Notes: a model not told the origin generated them from the letters alone. Positions 27,402 to 37,816 are shown, counted from the first letter of the stretch. The stretch is DNA of 64,000 nucleotides from a virus (IMGVR_UViG_3300015615_000629:160001-224000), one strand, 5' to 3'. Numbers and translations are program-made.

Positions 27402-29992
27402 GCTGGTAATACTATTTCCGGAAATCTCAATTTCATTTGTTTGCCGCCCCGAGCAGGACTAAGAAACCTTGAGAATAGCAGATCATGCTTGATTGGGTCA
27501 ACATCAGTTATTCCAAGACAATAGTTGACAAGGGAGCCCCCGCCCGAATTATGAACCAAGAACGAATTTGTCAAATAATTACTATTATTTTCCACCGATA
27601 TATCATAAACACGTTTCACTCCTTTAATTTTAGATTTTTTCCTAACGCGGACAAGCAAACCACCTTCTATATTCCTGTAAACGTTTTTTACGTGTGATTG
27701 TCGAGAAGATATTTCTTCAACATTTGGTACATCTATAACAGAGCCAACAGAACGAGTTCCGCTTCTTTTGTCGATTCTGTCATAGTGGGCATTTGAAGCA
27801 GGGATATTTAATTGCCAACACAAAAATCTAACTTGATCAGCCAACATTTTAGAACTAGTAGAAAAACCAGCACGAGTTGCACGAACTGTTCCGTCGCTAA
27901 GGCGATATCCTTTAAGAAAACATTTCTTACGCTCATCTGTATCCTTAAAAACAAAAGCCGGCACATGTTTTGTTTGTGAAGTATATTTATAGTGATGAAA
28001 AAATTCCTTAAACATTTTTTTAAGATAGAAGTTATAAGCATGAATTTGAATTAATTTCTTTTCTTTATGTTTTGTTTCTTTAAAATAAATTTCTAGTTCT
28101 TTTAGTTTTTTCCTTAAAAGAACTTTTCCAAAAATATCGGTTTCAGAATTGAAACAAAATCCAACACCATGATCGACCGTATTTAGTCCCGACCGCTTGT
28201 CTATTCTATCCGAACGCAACCACCCATCGCCGGCAAAAAGGCCCATTAAAATCATCCAATGGTCATCTAAATCAAAAAATCTATTTATTTTAGATACAAG
28301 TTTCCTGCGCTTTGTAATTGGATTAATTGTTTCATGATAACAGTAATCACTATCAAACCAAAATCTTCCTCCATCACAGTATTTGGATAAATCAATTATT
28401 CGATCCATTGGGTTTACTTCAATTTCAGGTCTGGGCACAAAAAGCCAATCGCCAACTTCAACATCGTTAGCCGCCAGCCACTGCAAATTGCCAGTTGGCT
28501 CTTTTATTATCTTTCTAGATTTCTTTGTACTCTCTGCCCATGTCTCGTAACTATCTGGCCGTATGACCTTTTCGCACAAAACAAGATGATCCTTTGTTAA
28601 AGTTATTCCTTTGTTATCTCCATAATTAACTTTTAAGTTAACTAAAGATTCATTTTCTATACTATAACAATGAGTTTTAGTAACTTCCTGAACGCTGCCA
28701 TCGTGAGTTATTACATTATCCCCAACTTGAACATCTTTGATGTATTTTGTAGTTCCATCAGACATCACGATTGGAGAATTTCCACCAAGACAACCTCTTG
28801 CCGCTCCCACGGCGTCATTTCCATCGCCCCAACCTAACAACTTTGGACATATCGCACGAGCCGAATCTGTCATCATCTGCTGTAACAAAAAGTAGGAAGC
28901 AAATCCTTTTCTGGTAATTAGGCTATATTCTTCTAGAACCCTGTCTAAGTATTCTCTCGTTCTGGGGAGTTGTCTTTCCTTAAATCCACGCATTATCTTA
29001 TCTTTAAAAACATCTCTTTCATCGGGAATCTGTGGGAGTTTGATGGTTCTATCAATTTTCACATTTGCGGCTTTTCGACATACTTCTACAGTGGTTTGTT
29101 TGGCTATATTAAACAAATCTAAATCTATTGTGTCTTGATAATCAGATAACCACTTAGCATTCAACTCTTCTTCGGATTTAAGCCAAAGATTTTGATCTTG
29201 CAGTTCGAATAAATCAGCAGTTGCGTCATCGTCTAGTTTCTGTTGAATTTCTGCTAATGTTTTTCTCGTTTGAATCATTAACATCAACCGCTGCATGTAG
29301 CTGTCTTCAGGGTTGGCGTAATGACAATCCTGAGTCAGAATTATTGGCAAACCATACCTTTGGTGTGCTTTTATGATAAAAGCATCATAGGGCTTTTGTT
29401 TGACGAAATCCAGCAGCATTATTTCCAGATAGAAATTTTCTCCAAACATTGCCATGTATTTTTCCAACATGGTAAATGCTTCGTCCTCACCTCCTCTGTC
29501 AAATGCTTGACCTATCTCGCTGTTGTAGCAGCAACTTGTGAAGATAATCCCTTCTTTATAAGCCATCAATTGCTGGTGATTGACTCTTGGGTGTCTGTAG
29601 AATCCTTTAGTCCAAGCCAAAGAACTTAATTTAACTAGATTGCTATAACCTTTCTCGTTGTAGGCTATAGCGAGAAGATGATAAGATTTTTTGAATCTCT
29701 TATATTCTTCGGCAGACATTTCTTTCGTGTAATCAGAACTCGTTTCACCTGTTTTTAATTCGGGTTGGAGGGGATTAACGTATAGTTCGATCCCAAATAT
29801 TGAAGATAATTTATGTTCTTCACAGCAACGTATCTGTTCCGGAATGGCGGCCATCATTCCGTGGTCGGTAATACACAAATACTGCTGATTTATCTTTTTG
29901 GCACGTTGGCAATACTCTTCCACCTGCCCGTAGCCGTCTAATAAAGAAAATGACGAGTGTAAATGAAGATGCTCAAAACCAACAATTTTCAT
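27398..29992 (-). CDS. dnaE: DNA polymerase III alpha, N-terminal (PHP) half, intein-containing
   Basis: HLHLHSSFSLLDG, ITDHG, GIELY, DCHY, GFASYFL, RG|SGGGSLVNYCLGITDVDPIKHDLLFSRFL; stops before PDID. Confidence 0.95.
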   Translation of the reverse strand: MKIVGFEHLHLHSSFSLLDGYGQVEEYCQRAKKINQQYLCITDHGMMAAIPEQIRCCEEHKLSSIFGIELYVNPLQPELKTGETSSDYTKEMSAEEYKRFKKSYHLLAIAYNEKGYSNLVKLSSLAWTKGFYRHPRVNHQQLMAYKEGIIFTSCCYNSEIGQAFDRGGEDEAFTMLEKYMAMFGENFYLEIMLLDFVKQKPYDAFIIKAHQRYGLPIILTQDCHYANPEDSYMQRLMLMIQTRKTLAEIQQKLDDDATADLFELQDQNLWLKSEEELNAKWLSDYQDTIDLDLFNIAKQTTVEVCRKAANVKIDRTIKLPQIPDERDVFKDKIMRGFKERQLPRTREYLDRVLEEYSLITRKGFASYFLLQQMMTDSARAICPKLLGWGDGNDAVGAARGCLGGNSPIVMSDGTTKYIKDVQVGDNVITHDGSVQEVTKTHCYSIENESLVNLKVNYGDNKGITLTKDHLVLCEKVIRPDSYETWAESTKKSRKIIKEPTGNLQWLAANDVEVGDWLFVPRPEIEVNPMDRIIDLSKYCDGGRFWFDSDYCYHETINPITKRRKLVSKINRFFDLDDHWMILMGLFAGDGWLRSDRIDKRSGLNTVDHGVGFCFNSETDIFGKVLLRKKLKELEIYFKETKHKEKKLIQIHAYNFYLKKMFKEFFHHYKYTSQTKHVPAFVFKDTDERKKCFLKGYRLSDGTVRATRAGFSTSSKMLADQVRFLCWQLNIPASNAHYDRIDKRSGTRSVGSVIDVPNVEEISSRQSHVKNVYRNIEGGLLVRVRKKSKIKGVKRVYDISVENNSNYLTNSFLVHNSGGGSLVNYCLGITDVDPIKHDLLFSRFLSPARGGKQMKLRFPEIVLPA
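27548..28792 (-). mobile_element. Intein (415 aa) with LAGLIDADG homing endonuclease
   Basis: Starts CLGGNSP, block B TKDH, GLFAGDG and FLKGYRLSDG, ends VYDISVENNSNYLTNSFLVHN followed by Ser. Confidence 0.95.
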
Positions 29993-30142
29993 ATTTTTTA
30001 TCGCACCTCATTCCTCATAATTCATACTCTTTGCATAGGTGTCAACACAACGCCAGAGACAACGAGTTGCACAGGATAAAACAATCACAGAGAAAATAAT
30101 CAATAACATTAATTACCCTTATACTTCAAATACAGATAAAAA

Positions 30143-30652
30143 TCAACCGAGATAATTTCCCTCAATGTTTTTCATTCTTTCCAAAATATCTTCTTTGCAT
30201 TCCAGATACTTTATGCTGGAATTTGTTTTTACTTTTATAGATTCTTTTGTGCGGCCCAACAAGATACTTCTTATCATAACAAATTTAAATTGGGGCTGTT
30301 GCATATAGACACCATATGTCCAATGAGCATGGACAGTAACAGCCACCTTGCCGTAAAAATAATCTCCGAAGATAGTTACCTTATCATTTTGGCGAACCCA
30401 GCCAAATCCATGTTTGGTTGAAATATTAGCGCGAGTCCCCAAAATATTTTTGGCATCCTTTGCAAAAACATCTTCTGCAAGAACATTCTTTGTAATTTCT
30501 TCTAATTCCTTTTCAAAACCCTCAAAAGTTGGTTGCCCTTTTTCATCAAACTTGACAACCCTTAATCCTTCTGGATTTTCAGATTCTTCAAGATTAATGG
30601 TTGGAACAACTAAAGGCAGAGCCAGAGATTGAACAAATTCGCGGCGAAGCAT
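30143..30652 (-). CDS. Hypothetical protein with twin-arginine-like start
   Basis: MLRREFVQSLAL. Confidence 0.5.
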   Translation of the reverse strand: MLRREFVQSLALPLVVPTINLEESENPEGLRVVKFDEKGQPTFEGFEKELEEITKNVLAEDVFAKDAKNILGTRANISTKHGFGWVRQNDKVTIFGDYFYGKVAVTVHAHWTYGVYMQQPQFKFVMIRSILLGRTKESIKVKTNSSIKYLECKEDILERMKNIEGNYLG

Positions 30653-30655
30653 AAA

Positions 30656-31015
30656 TTAACACCTTTTACGTTGGTTAGAATTCCACTTGAAAAGAATGAA
30701 AAACAAGCAAAGGGAAGGAATGGCAACAACAAATGTAGAGTTTAACATGGCTCGCCATCTCGCCAGTTCTTCAACAGTTGGCGTATTTCGCGTTGGCCAA
30801 TCACTTTGAACTTGAATATTGCTAACTATGTCCATAAGCATTATCCAAAGCAACATTCCTCCCACAAGTATCGTGCCTGCAACCAAAGCCCCTAGATTGC
30901 GTCTACATTTTATTCGCGGCCAACCACGCCGTTTATGGGGCGGAATTCGTGGTTTTTGTTTTATAGAAATTTGCGGTCTGGGCCAGAACGCAAATGGGTT
31001 CTCAGAGACTTCCAT
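30656..31015 (-). CDS. Two-TM membrane protein
   Basis: Two hydrophobic segments. Confidence 0.5.
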   Translation of the reverse strand: MEVSENPFAFWPRPQISIKQKPRIPPHKRRGWPRIKCRRNLGALVAGTILVGGMLLWIMLMDIVSNIQVQSDWPTRNTPTVEELARWRAMLNSTFVVAIPSLCLFFILFKWNSNQRKRC

Positions 31016-31018
31016 TTT

Positions 31019-31687
31019 TCACACTACGATAACTTTGGTGTAACAAGAAGAATCAATTAATTCTTGACCAAATCTAGTGAAAAACACATAGCGGCCTTTA
31101 TCGTCAGCTAGGCTTGGTTTTGTGAAAGGAATATAAGGCAGAAACCTAAAGCCGTCTTTTTGTCCTATTATAAAATGATCATCAGGATGGGTCGGATAGT
31201 GGAAAATATCTTTTCCGCTTACTGTACGATAGCCATATTTTATATCAATAACGTTAGGGTCTTTCAAATAACAACTATTTCCAATAATAAGATCACAGTC
31301 CTGTTTGAAAATGTACTTTTCCCATTGAGATTTAGAAATAATCACCTTGTTTGTTATGTTTCTTGATAATATCTCTGATATGTGAAGTATTACAAAAAAC
31401 TCATAGTTTATACCAAGAATCATACACGTTTCGAACAAAGCCATAGAATCTTGAATGGCATTCAAATCATACAAACCCGGCAGCCATCCAGGTTTTGCAT
31501 ATCTTGTTTTTCCAAAACGTGCATAAAAATGATTTTCAATAGGTTGGATTTGGCAAAGTTTGGACAACGTATTGAATCTAATATGTTTGGCGACTACATC
31601 GACCATCATTTCATTTACATTTGGAAATTTACTTCCACAGGTTCTCAGTATTTCCGCTTTTTGATTTTCGATTAGAATCTTACGCAT
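31019..31687 (-). CDS. Degenerate T4 gp23 major-capsid-like paralogue
   Basis: LCQIQPI, GFRFLPYIPF, FFTRFG, YTKVIV echo gp23 VQPM, YAPYVPL, FKTRYG. Confidence 0.45.
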   Translation of the reverse strand: MRKILIENQKAEILRTCGSKFPNVNEMMVDVVAKHIRFNTLSKLCQIQPIENHFYARFGKTRYAKPGWLPGLYDLNAIQDSMALFETCMILGINYEFFVILHISEILSRNITNKVIISKSQWEKYIFKQDCDLIIGNSCYLKDPNVIDIKYGYRTVSGKDIFHYPTHPDDHFIIGQKDGFRFLPYIPFTKPSLADDKGRYVFFTRFGQELIDSSCYTKVIVV

Positions 31688-31721
31688 TGTTTTAGCATAC
31701 CAAATGAAGCCAAATTGTCAA

Positions 31722-31946
31722 TTACTCAGATTCACTTTTCACAGGCTGCTTCTGGCTGTTTTTCCATTCTTCGAATTCAGCGTTGGCCTTGTCAGCCAAA
31801 ACATCTAATTCTTTGATTTCGTGAGTGAATCTATCGTAAGTCCTTTTAAGTTCTTCCTTTAATTGCTTCTTTTGAGCAAAGATTTCAGCAATCCTAGAAG
31901 AAAAATCAATAAATTCTTGGGTAAGTAGAAAATTATTATCAGACAT
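31722..31946 (-). CDS. Small coiled-coil protein
   Basis: AGGAGG SD site, heptad pattern. Confidence 0.6.
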   Translation of the reverse strand: MSDNNFLLTQEFIDFSSRIAEIFAQKKQLKEELKRTYDRFTHEIKELDVLADKANAEFEEWKNSQKQPVKSESE

Positions 31947-32060
31947 ATCAACCTCCTTATTAATATAGTCTATTTTTAAGGATTTTACACCATCAAGCGG
32001 ACAACTATAGCCGCTACCACAGCAGTAATCACAAACATCATGATATTCATCATTACTTTG

Positions 32061-33032
32061 TTATTCATCATTATCTCCCCATTTTAGTGGAATTTCATCT
32101 GATTTGTTTTCGCCAGACCAACCAGCTCGTATCATAACAGAACTAGAAACCAATAATGTGGGAGCCAACATAATTAAGACATAAGGAGCGAAAACAGGGG
32201 ATTCGTAACAAGACTTCGGATACTTTCCAGCAGCACTCATAGGAGTATAAGTTCTTGGGTTTAACATTACAGGAAAATTGTAGTAATCAACTTTACCAGA
32301 CCTAACAGGCTTAGGACTTATGATGTAATCCACATCCCAGTCTAGGGGCAGGCCAACAGCTTCGGCATCAATTAAAACTTCATAATTTAATTTTGGCAGC
32401 CGCTCCAAAATCATCCCGTCTATCTCCAAAGCAAGCGAATCTGCGTAAATTTCCTTCATGTAATCGAAATCTGCCTTATTGAAGAATTTAGTTTGATACA
32501 TTAATGTTTTAGCACACACCGCCTCAGATTCACTAATCACCCCATCTTTCTTAGTAAAAATCAAACTAGCTGGTCCCAACATTGGCTGAACGGATATCAT
32601 CCTTCTAAATTTTACCCTAAGCCAAACTTCCTTTGTAAGCCATAACATATTCTCTTTAGATACTTTGTTTTCGCAAAAACTAACATCCATTAATTCAGAA
32701 CAGTTATTAAGCAATACAGAAAGACACCTTCTATCATCCAAGTTAATCGCATTTTCTAAATAACATGAATTTTTCCAATCATTTATAACTTTCTGTAAAG
32801 GTGTTGAATCGTCAACCCATTGCTCAACCACCTTGGGCGGATTCTTGTCTAAATACCCTCTAACCTGTTCCAGTGTATATCTTCTATGTCCACCATCTGT
32901 TCGTTCTGCCTTGAATTTACCTTGTACGTCCCAATCTCTTAACGTATTTTCACACACTTCCAGCAATTTCGCTGTCTCGCTAATACTTAACATTCGGTCA
33001 CACATTCTACTACTTCCTTTCTTTTTAGCCAT
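32061..33032 (-). CDS. MerR-type HTH fused to gp23-capsid-like region
   Basis: LSISETAKLLEVCENTLRDWD..GK...RTDGGHRRY then ISVQPMLGPASLIF, LALEID, FAPYV. Confidence 0.65.
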   Translation of the reverse strand: MAKKKGSSRMCDRMLSISETAKLLEVCENTLRDWDVQGKFKAERTDGGHRRYTLEQVRGYLDKNPPKVVEQWVDDSTPLQKVINDWKNSCYLENAINLDDRRCLSVLLNNCSELMDVSFCENKVSKENMLWLTKEVWLRVKFRRMISVQPMLGPASLIFTKKDGVISESEAVCAKTLMYQTKFFNKADFDYMKEIYADSLALEIDGMILERLPKLNYEVLIDAEAVGLPLDWDVDYIISPKPVRSGKVDYYNFPVMLNPRTYTPMSAAGKYPKSCYESPVFAPYVLIMLAPTLLVSSSVMIRAGWSGENKSDEIPLKWGDNDE

Positions 33033-33064
33033 AACTAGTAGATTCTCCTCTATAGTAGTAGAAT

Positions 33065-33859
33065 TTAATTAAAAATTGACAAAAATTCTTGATTTGCGGT
33101 TCTTTTTCTTTCGCCGGAAATGCCACCCTTGGCACGCCCAGAGCTAATCCGAACATAATCATTAGATAACACAACACCTTCAGACACGTAACATTTAGGT
33201 TTTAAACCTTTTACATATTCTTTTACATCAAAACTGTGTCCGTAGAACGTCGTTCCTGCATAAGGCGGATCAATGTATACATCCCCCTGTAAAGGCTCTA
33301 TATCGTTTATATCACAATAGTAGCCATGTATTCCATACATCTTCTCGCATATTAAATACATTCGCTCTAATAGCGTCTCAGGCATCGGCATCATGGGATT
33401 AACCGGCGACCGTCTATTAGAGGTCTCAGTAGGCAACCAATAGTTTCTAAAACTAGTGTTTTGCCACCGATTGTCCTTTATCCAGATTGCCTTACTACCG
33501 AAGCTAGCCGCTTGGAGAATCAAATAAACATAAGGTGTATCGATGTCAGCAGGTTGTTTGGATAAGCCTTCTGCATAAGATTTTATCTTAGAACGATCCT
33601 TGGGGATATCTTCAATTAGAGTCCTGAATCTGGCGATATCGAAAGTGCCTTCTCCAACCATTTTCCAGACAAGACCCCAAGGGCCTTTATCAAGCATATG
33701 AATCTGGTTTGTATTATGGCCGCGATTTAAGAGGGCAATAGAAACCGCACCGCAGCCACAACAAAGGTCGTAGAAATCGCCTTGTGGATTAATTATCCAA
33801 AGGATTTGATCAGCAATACGTTGTTTGCCACCTTGATAAGCCGTTGGGGGTTGAATCAT
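33065..33859 (-). CDS. DNA adenine methyltransferase-like (D12 class)
   Basis: YQGGKQRIA, DLCCGCGAV, YIDPPY. Confidence 0.8.
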   Translation of the reverse strand: MIQPPTAYQGGKQRIADQILWIINPQGDFYDLCCGCGAVSIALLNRGHNTNQIHMLDKGPWGLVWKMVGEGTFDIARFRTLIEDIPKDRSKIKSYAEGLSKQPADIDTPYVYLILQAASFGSKAIWIKDNRWQNTSFRNYWLPTETSNRRSPVNPMMPMPETLLERMYLICEKMYGIHGYYCDINDIEPLQGDVYIDPPYAGTTFYGHSFDVKEYVKGLKPKCYVSEGVVLSNDYVRISSGRAKGGISGERKRTANQEFLSIFN

Positions 33860-34164
33860 ATCGTTTTAACAAAGTTGGCTAAATGTCCACAAGTAAATTC
33901 AATAATCTTATCATGATCTTCCTGATCGTGAAATTCAAATGAACCGAAGGCACCTTCACCTTTTAAAACATTAGAGTAACTATCTAGTTCTAAGATTATT
34001 CTTGTTTTATAGTAAACTTTCAAATTGAAGGGACTCACCCCAAACTGAAACAACCCCTTATCGATTTCTACAACAACAGAAATTAGTTTCTTGCATAATT
34101 TATCAAAAGATATTCCCCTAGCAGTTCTTTTGCTAATCTCAAATTTAAGACTTTCAATACTCAT
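33856..34164 (-). CDS. Hypothetical protein
   Basis: Translationally coupled ORF. Confidence 0.5.
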   Translation of the reverse strand: MSIESLKFEISKRTARGISFDKLCKKLISVVVEIDKGLFQFGVSPFNLKVYYKTRIILELDSYSNVLKGEGAFGSFEFHDQEDHDKIIEFTCGHLANFVKTI

Positions 34165-34349
34165 TATTCCCTCTCCACAGAAATTACGTCTTTATCCGCT
34201 TTCAAATCCTTAATCTTCTCGATCTCTATCAATCCGAGAAGGCTTTTAATTCCAATACCTGTTACTTCCAAACCTAACGCCTCCATACGGTCAACATATG
34301 GGATAGTCGAGAAACATTTACTCTTTACGCAAACGGCAACTTTTTTCAT
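34164..34349 (-). CDS. Small hypothetical protein
   Basis: Translationally coupled 61-aa ORF. Confidence 0.5.
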   Translation of the reverse strand: MKKVAVCVKSKCFSTIPYVDRMEALGLEVTGIGIKSLLGLIEIEKIKDLKADKDVISVERE

Positions 34350-35152
34350 CTAAACTCCGCTACAATTTCCTTAACACTCCCCCTTTTATCGCCATCGCCA
34401 CTTATACAACGTCTGCAATCCACGCTATACGTTTTGGCTCCATAACCAGAATACAATTCCCTAGAATACCAATTATAACAATTTGATATAAATACCGTGG
34501 CTCCCCTTTCCGCCGCCAGTTTAGCCTCCTCTGCTAATTTAATATGTTCCATTAACCCAAAACCGCCAGCGGAATAAGTGGTAAAACTTGAAGTTTCTGA
34601 CAAGGGGAAATAAGGAGGGTCACAATATACCAAATCCCCTTCTTTCACAAGAGCAAAAATTTCTTTAAAATCTAAATTATGGATTTCAAAGTTCTGTATT
34701 TTATCCAAAACCCCTAAAAGTTCGTTTCTAGGGAAATATGGAACTTTATACGCTCCAAATGACGTATTAAAGCCACCTTTGGAGTTATACCTACAAAGCC
34801 CATTGAAACAATGTCTATTCAAATAAATAAACATTATTGCTTTGTCGTCTGAGTCTACTGTCCTATTGAATTGTTTTTTAAATTCTAGAAAAGCCGGTTT
34901 GTTGTTATTTTCTGGGACAAAAAGACTTTCGCAAGCATTGATAAAGCCTTCTTTGTATGTCTTTAGGGCTTTCCAGACAGCGATTAGGTCGGAATTAACG
35001 TCATTAACGATAAATTCTGGATAATCTACATTTAAAGCGACAGCACCAGCACCCAAAAAGGGTTCGATGTATCTTTTAGCTTCTGGAAATTTAGATTTTA
35101 GGAAAGGAATAAGACGATATTTACCGCCTGCCCATTTGAGAAACGGTTTCAT
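34346..35152 (-). CDS. dam: Dam-family DNA adenine methylase
   Basis: LKWAGGK, EPFLGAGAV, YLNRHCFNGLCRYN..G.FN, YCDPPY. Confidence 0.93.
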   Translation of the reverse strand: MKPFLKWAGGKYRLIPFLKSKFPEAKRYIEPFLGAGAVALNVDYPEFIVNDVNSDLIAVWKALKTYKEGFINACESLFVPENNNKPAFLEFKKQFNRTVDSDDKAIMFIYLNRHCFNGLCRYNSKGGFNTSFGAYKVPYFPRNELLGVLDKIQNFEIHNLDFKEIFALVKEGDLVYCDPPYFPLSETSSFTTYSAGGFGLMEHIKLAEEAKLAAERGATVFISNCYNWYSRELYSGYGAKTYSVDCRRCISGDGDKRGSVKEIVAEFR

Positions 35153-35672
35153 TTGGTAATTTATACGCCTGTACGTGAATTCTATTTCTTAATTCGTGCA
35201 ACTCGACTTCATCAAATTTACGGCGTCGATGAAGTTTAAGCATTAACATGTAATCTTTTCCATCTTCTAGATGTGGCCAACCAATACTCGTCACATAAGC
35301 AGGCTTACCAGCATCAATGGACGGCTGAATGATAACGGGTGGAACTTCTATTTCTGGGCTGTTCAAATCGGCCAATTGAATACCTAATACCTCCGCTACT
35401 CTCCAAGGTGCAACCACATCAACCCTAAAAGGTTGACTATAATTTCTCCCTAATTCGTTGGCAAAAATAGGAATAAGAGCAACTGCTCCTTCGTCCCCAG
35501 GATAAATATCGTGTTCTTTATACATTTCGTGCCAAACATAAGGTATTACACGATCTACCTGTAATTCAACCCAATGTTTTTCAACAGGAACCTCTATAGT
35601 GGTTTCCACCTTTGGCGGTTCAGAAGCAGAACAGCCAGCCAACAAACAAAGTAAAAACAGGTATTTTTTCAT
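35121..35672 (-). CDS. Lipoprotein, paralogue of neighbour
   Basis: LAGC lipobox; shares RV.PYV, GD.G...IP, HLE.GK.Y.L.L.LH with 35674-36303. Confidence 0.65.
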   Translation of the reverse strand: MKKYLFLLCLLAGCSASEPPKVETTIEVPVEKHWVELQVDRVIPYVWHEMYKEHDIYPGDEGAVALIPIFANELGRNYSQPFRVDVVAPWRVAEVLGIQLADLNSPEIEVPPVIIQPSIDAGKPAYVTSIGWPHLEDGKDYMLMLKLHRRRKFDEVELHELRNRIHVQAYKLPNETVSQMGRR

Positions 35673-35673
35673 T

Positions 35674-36303
35674 TTAATCCTCTTCTAGAACCCGATAGGC
35701 TTCGGCTAAATATTCATTTTCAAACTTGTATTTGCCATCGAATATCTTTTTTCTATCGTAATGTAATCTTAAAACTAAGGTGTAGCTTTTGCCAGCTTCT
35801 AAATGTAGCCAATAAACTTCGGCCGATTGGCCAGGATCGGATGCCATTACGGAAAAGAAAGCAGGATCACCTTCTGGCCCCCTTACAACATCAACAACTT
35901 GCCAATCTTCCAATGGTAAATTAATCTTAAATTTAACAATATCTAAATAACGAACATTTCCAAAATCTTCCCATTTGACAGGAATGTATAATAAACAACC
36001 TTTATCTCCTGCATGTACACCAGCACGTTCCGTAGTGTTCTTAAAGACATAAGGTTCAACTCTCTCTACTTTGAGTTTAATTTTCTCTAAAACTAAAGTT
36101 TTCTTAACAACGCCAATTTTAGGATGTCTTCTGTTGTAAATGGCTCTGACGACCAAAGCACCGCCAGCAGCGGATAAACTTGATACGACACTTACTAAAA
36201 CCAACAAAAGAACAACTTTAACCCAATAACTTTCTGTAATCTTCGCCACTGTATTCTCCAAATGTTTTATCTTCGTCCCCAAAACAATGATATACCAGTT
36301 CAT
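35674..36303 (-). CDS. Membrane-anchored protein, paralogue of neighbour
   Basis: N-terminal TM; shared motifs with 35121-35672. Confidence 0.6.
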   Translation of the reverse strand: MNWYIIVLGTKIKHLENTVAKITESYWVKVVLLLVLVSVVSSLSAAGGALVVRAIYNRRHPKIGVVKKTLVLEKIKLKVERVEPYVFKNTTERAGVHAGDKGCLLYIPVKWEDFGNVRYLDIVKFKINLPLEDWQVVDVVRGPEGDPAFFSVMASDPGQSAEVYWLHLEAGKSYTLVLRLHYDRKKIFDGKYKFENEYLAEAYRVLEED

Positions 36304-37816
36304 CCCCGTTGGAATCCTTGGTAACTAAAAGTACATTTTTCTTCCAAATATGATTTATTGCTTGCATAACCGGCCTGACATAAGGAATATGTAAAGTTCT
36401 GCCATCGTATATGTGTTCAAGCATTAAGAATCCTTGCCCACGATGATTAGGATCCACTAGTCTGATTTCAGGTAAGCCGCCATTTAAATGTTTCTTTATA
36501 AGTTTAGCCTTAATCTTTTTGGGATCATCTTCTTCAATACGATACTCGCCATTAGGATATTTTTTCCACTCAAAGAATTCATTCTTTCTACAGAATTCCG
36601 GTGTAAAGTATTCCAAAAGCAAAGTGAAATCATTATTGTCCCGACATACTTCAAACACCTTATCCTTGCCTAATCCTAAATTGAGATTCCATTCTTCCTT
36701 AACCTTCATGTCTTTACATTCATCGTATTCTGGGCCGAATTTACCCTTGTTCCAACGATCTTCTATATCCGTTAACAAACTGAATCCCAAATTATAAGGA
36801 TTCATTGAATATTTTCCGCCCATAACTGCAACATGATTCATTGCATAATCAACAATTCCACAATCATCACTCGCTTGCCCCAAGCCACATAAACCCCGTT
36901 TACACATGATGTTAAAGTCTGTGTACGAGGCGAAACCTTCATTTATTGTCTTTGTCTGTCTTTGTGGAGCAAAATAGATAGATTCTTCCCAAATCATGGA
37001 AATAATATCTTGTTGCCACGGCTTCAAAGGTGCATGATCCCTTAAAAATCCTAAAACATCCTTAGTAGGTTCTTTAAATAAGCCTATTTCCTTCTCGACT
37101 TCCCTTTTGTAAATAGCCTTTTGTTGCTTTTTAGTCCATTCCTTTGGATTAATGTAATCATCCATGTAGTCGTGCCCCTCTCGAATCTTTAATCTAGAGG
37201 GATGTTCGACTTCCCTTTTATCAAAGATTTGATGAGGAACATATTTCTTTTCTTCCCAAGCTTTAGCCGGATCAATAAGAGTTTCCAATCTTAGGACATA
37301 ATCTAAAAATTGAGTTACACGTTCTTTTCCCCAACGGGACATGTATTTGCGAATTCTAGAGCCATGATTGGCAAATTCGTTTAACATGTTACGGTTTGTT
37401 TGAGAAAAGAATACATTATTCTTAAAGAAATGATTATGCCCTTGAGCGTGGACAATAACTGTAACGTGGTCAACGAGGGGGTTGGAATCGAGACAATATA
37501 TATGGGAAGGATTGGTATTCACAACCATTTCGAAGATTTTCCCGCCGCCATGCAAGAAGCGATGTTGCATCCCTTCGTATTCCATTCCCCACTTCCAATG
37601 CGGGTATCTTACGGGAAAGCCGTTATAAGAGGCAATTTCACTTATCTCATCATAAGTGAGCATGTGAATGCAAGTTGGAAAGAAATCCAACCCAAAGTCC
37701 GTACACTCCTTAAATATTCTCGGAATTATCTTCTTTAATTCCGGTGGTAACGGCAAACCTGGAGTAGTAGCATCGCCCATTAGAATGGGACTGCCATCAA
37801 TATAACGCTGACTCAT
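36218..37816 (-). CDS. spoVR: SpoVR/YcgB family protein
   Basis: GFPVRYPHWKWG, HAQGHNHFFKNN, YFAPQRQTKTINEGFASY, NPYNLG. Confidence 0.95.
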   Translation of the reverse strand: MSQRYIDGSPILMGDATTPGLPLPPELKKIIPRIFKECTDFGLDFFPTCIHMLTYDEISEIASYNGFPVRYPHWKWGMEYEGMQHRFLHGGGKIFEMVVNTNPSHIYCLDSNPLVDHVTVIVHAQGHNHFFKNNVFFSQTNRNMLNEFANHGSRIRKYMSRWGKERVTQFLDYVLRLETLIDPAKAWEEKKYVPHQIFDKREVEHPSRLKIREGHDYMDDYINPKEWTKKQQKAIYKREVEKEIGLFKEPTKDVLGFLRDHAPLKPWQQDIISMIWEESIYFAPQRQTKTINEGFASYTDFNIMCKRGLCGLGQASDDCGIVDYAMNHVAVMGGKYSMNPYNLGFSLLTDIEDRWNKGKFGPEYDECKDMKVKEEWNLNLGLGKDKVFEVCRDNNDFTLLLEYFTPEFCRKNEFFEWKKYPNGEYRIEEDDPKKIKAKLIKKHLNGGLPEIRLVDPNHRGQGFLMLEHIYDGRTLHIPYVRPVMQAINHIWKKNVLLVTKDSNGDELVYHCFGDEDKTFGEYSGEDYRKLLG

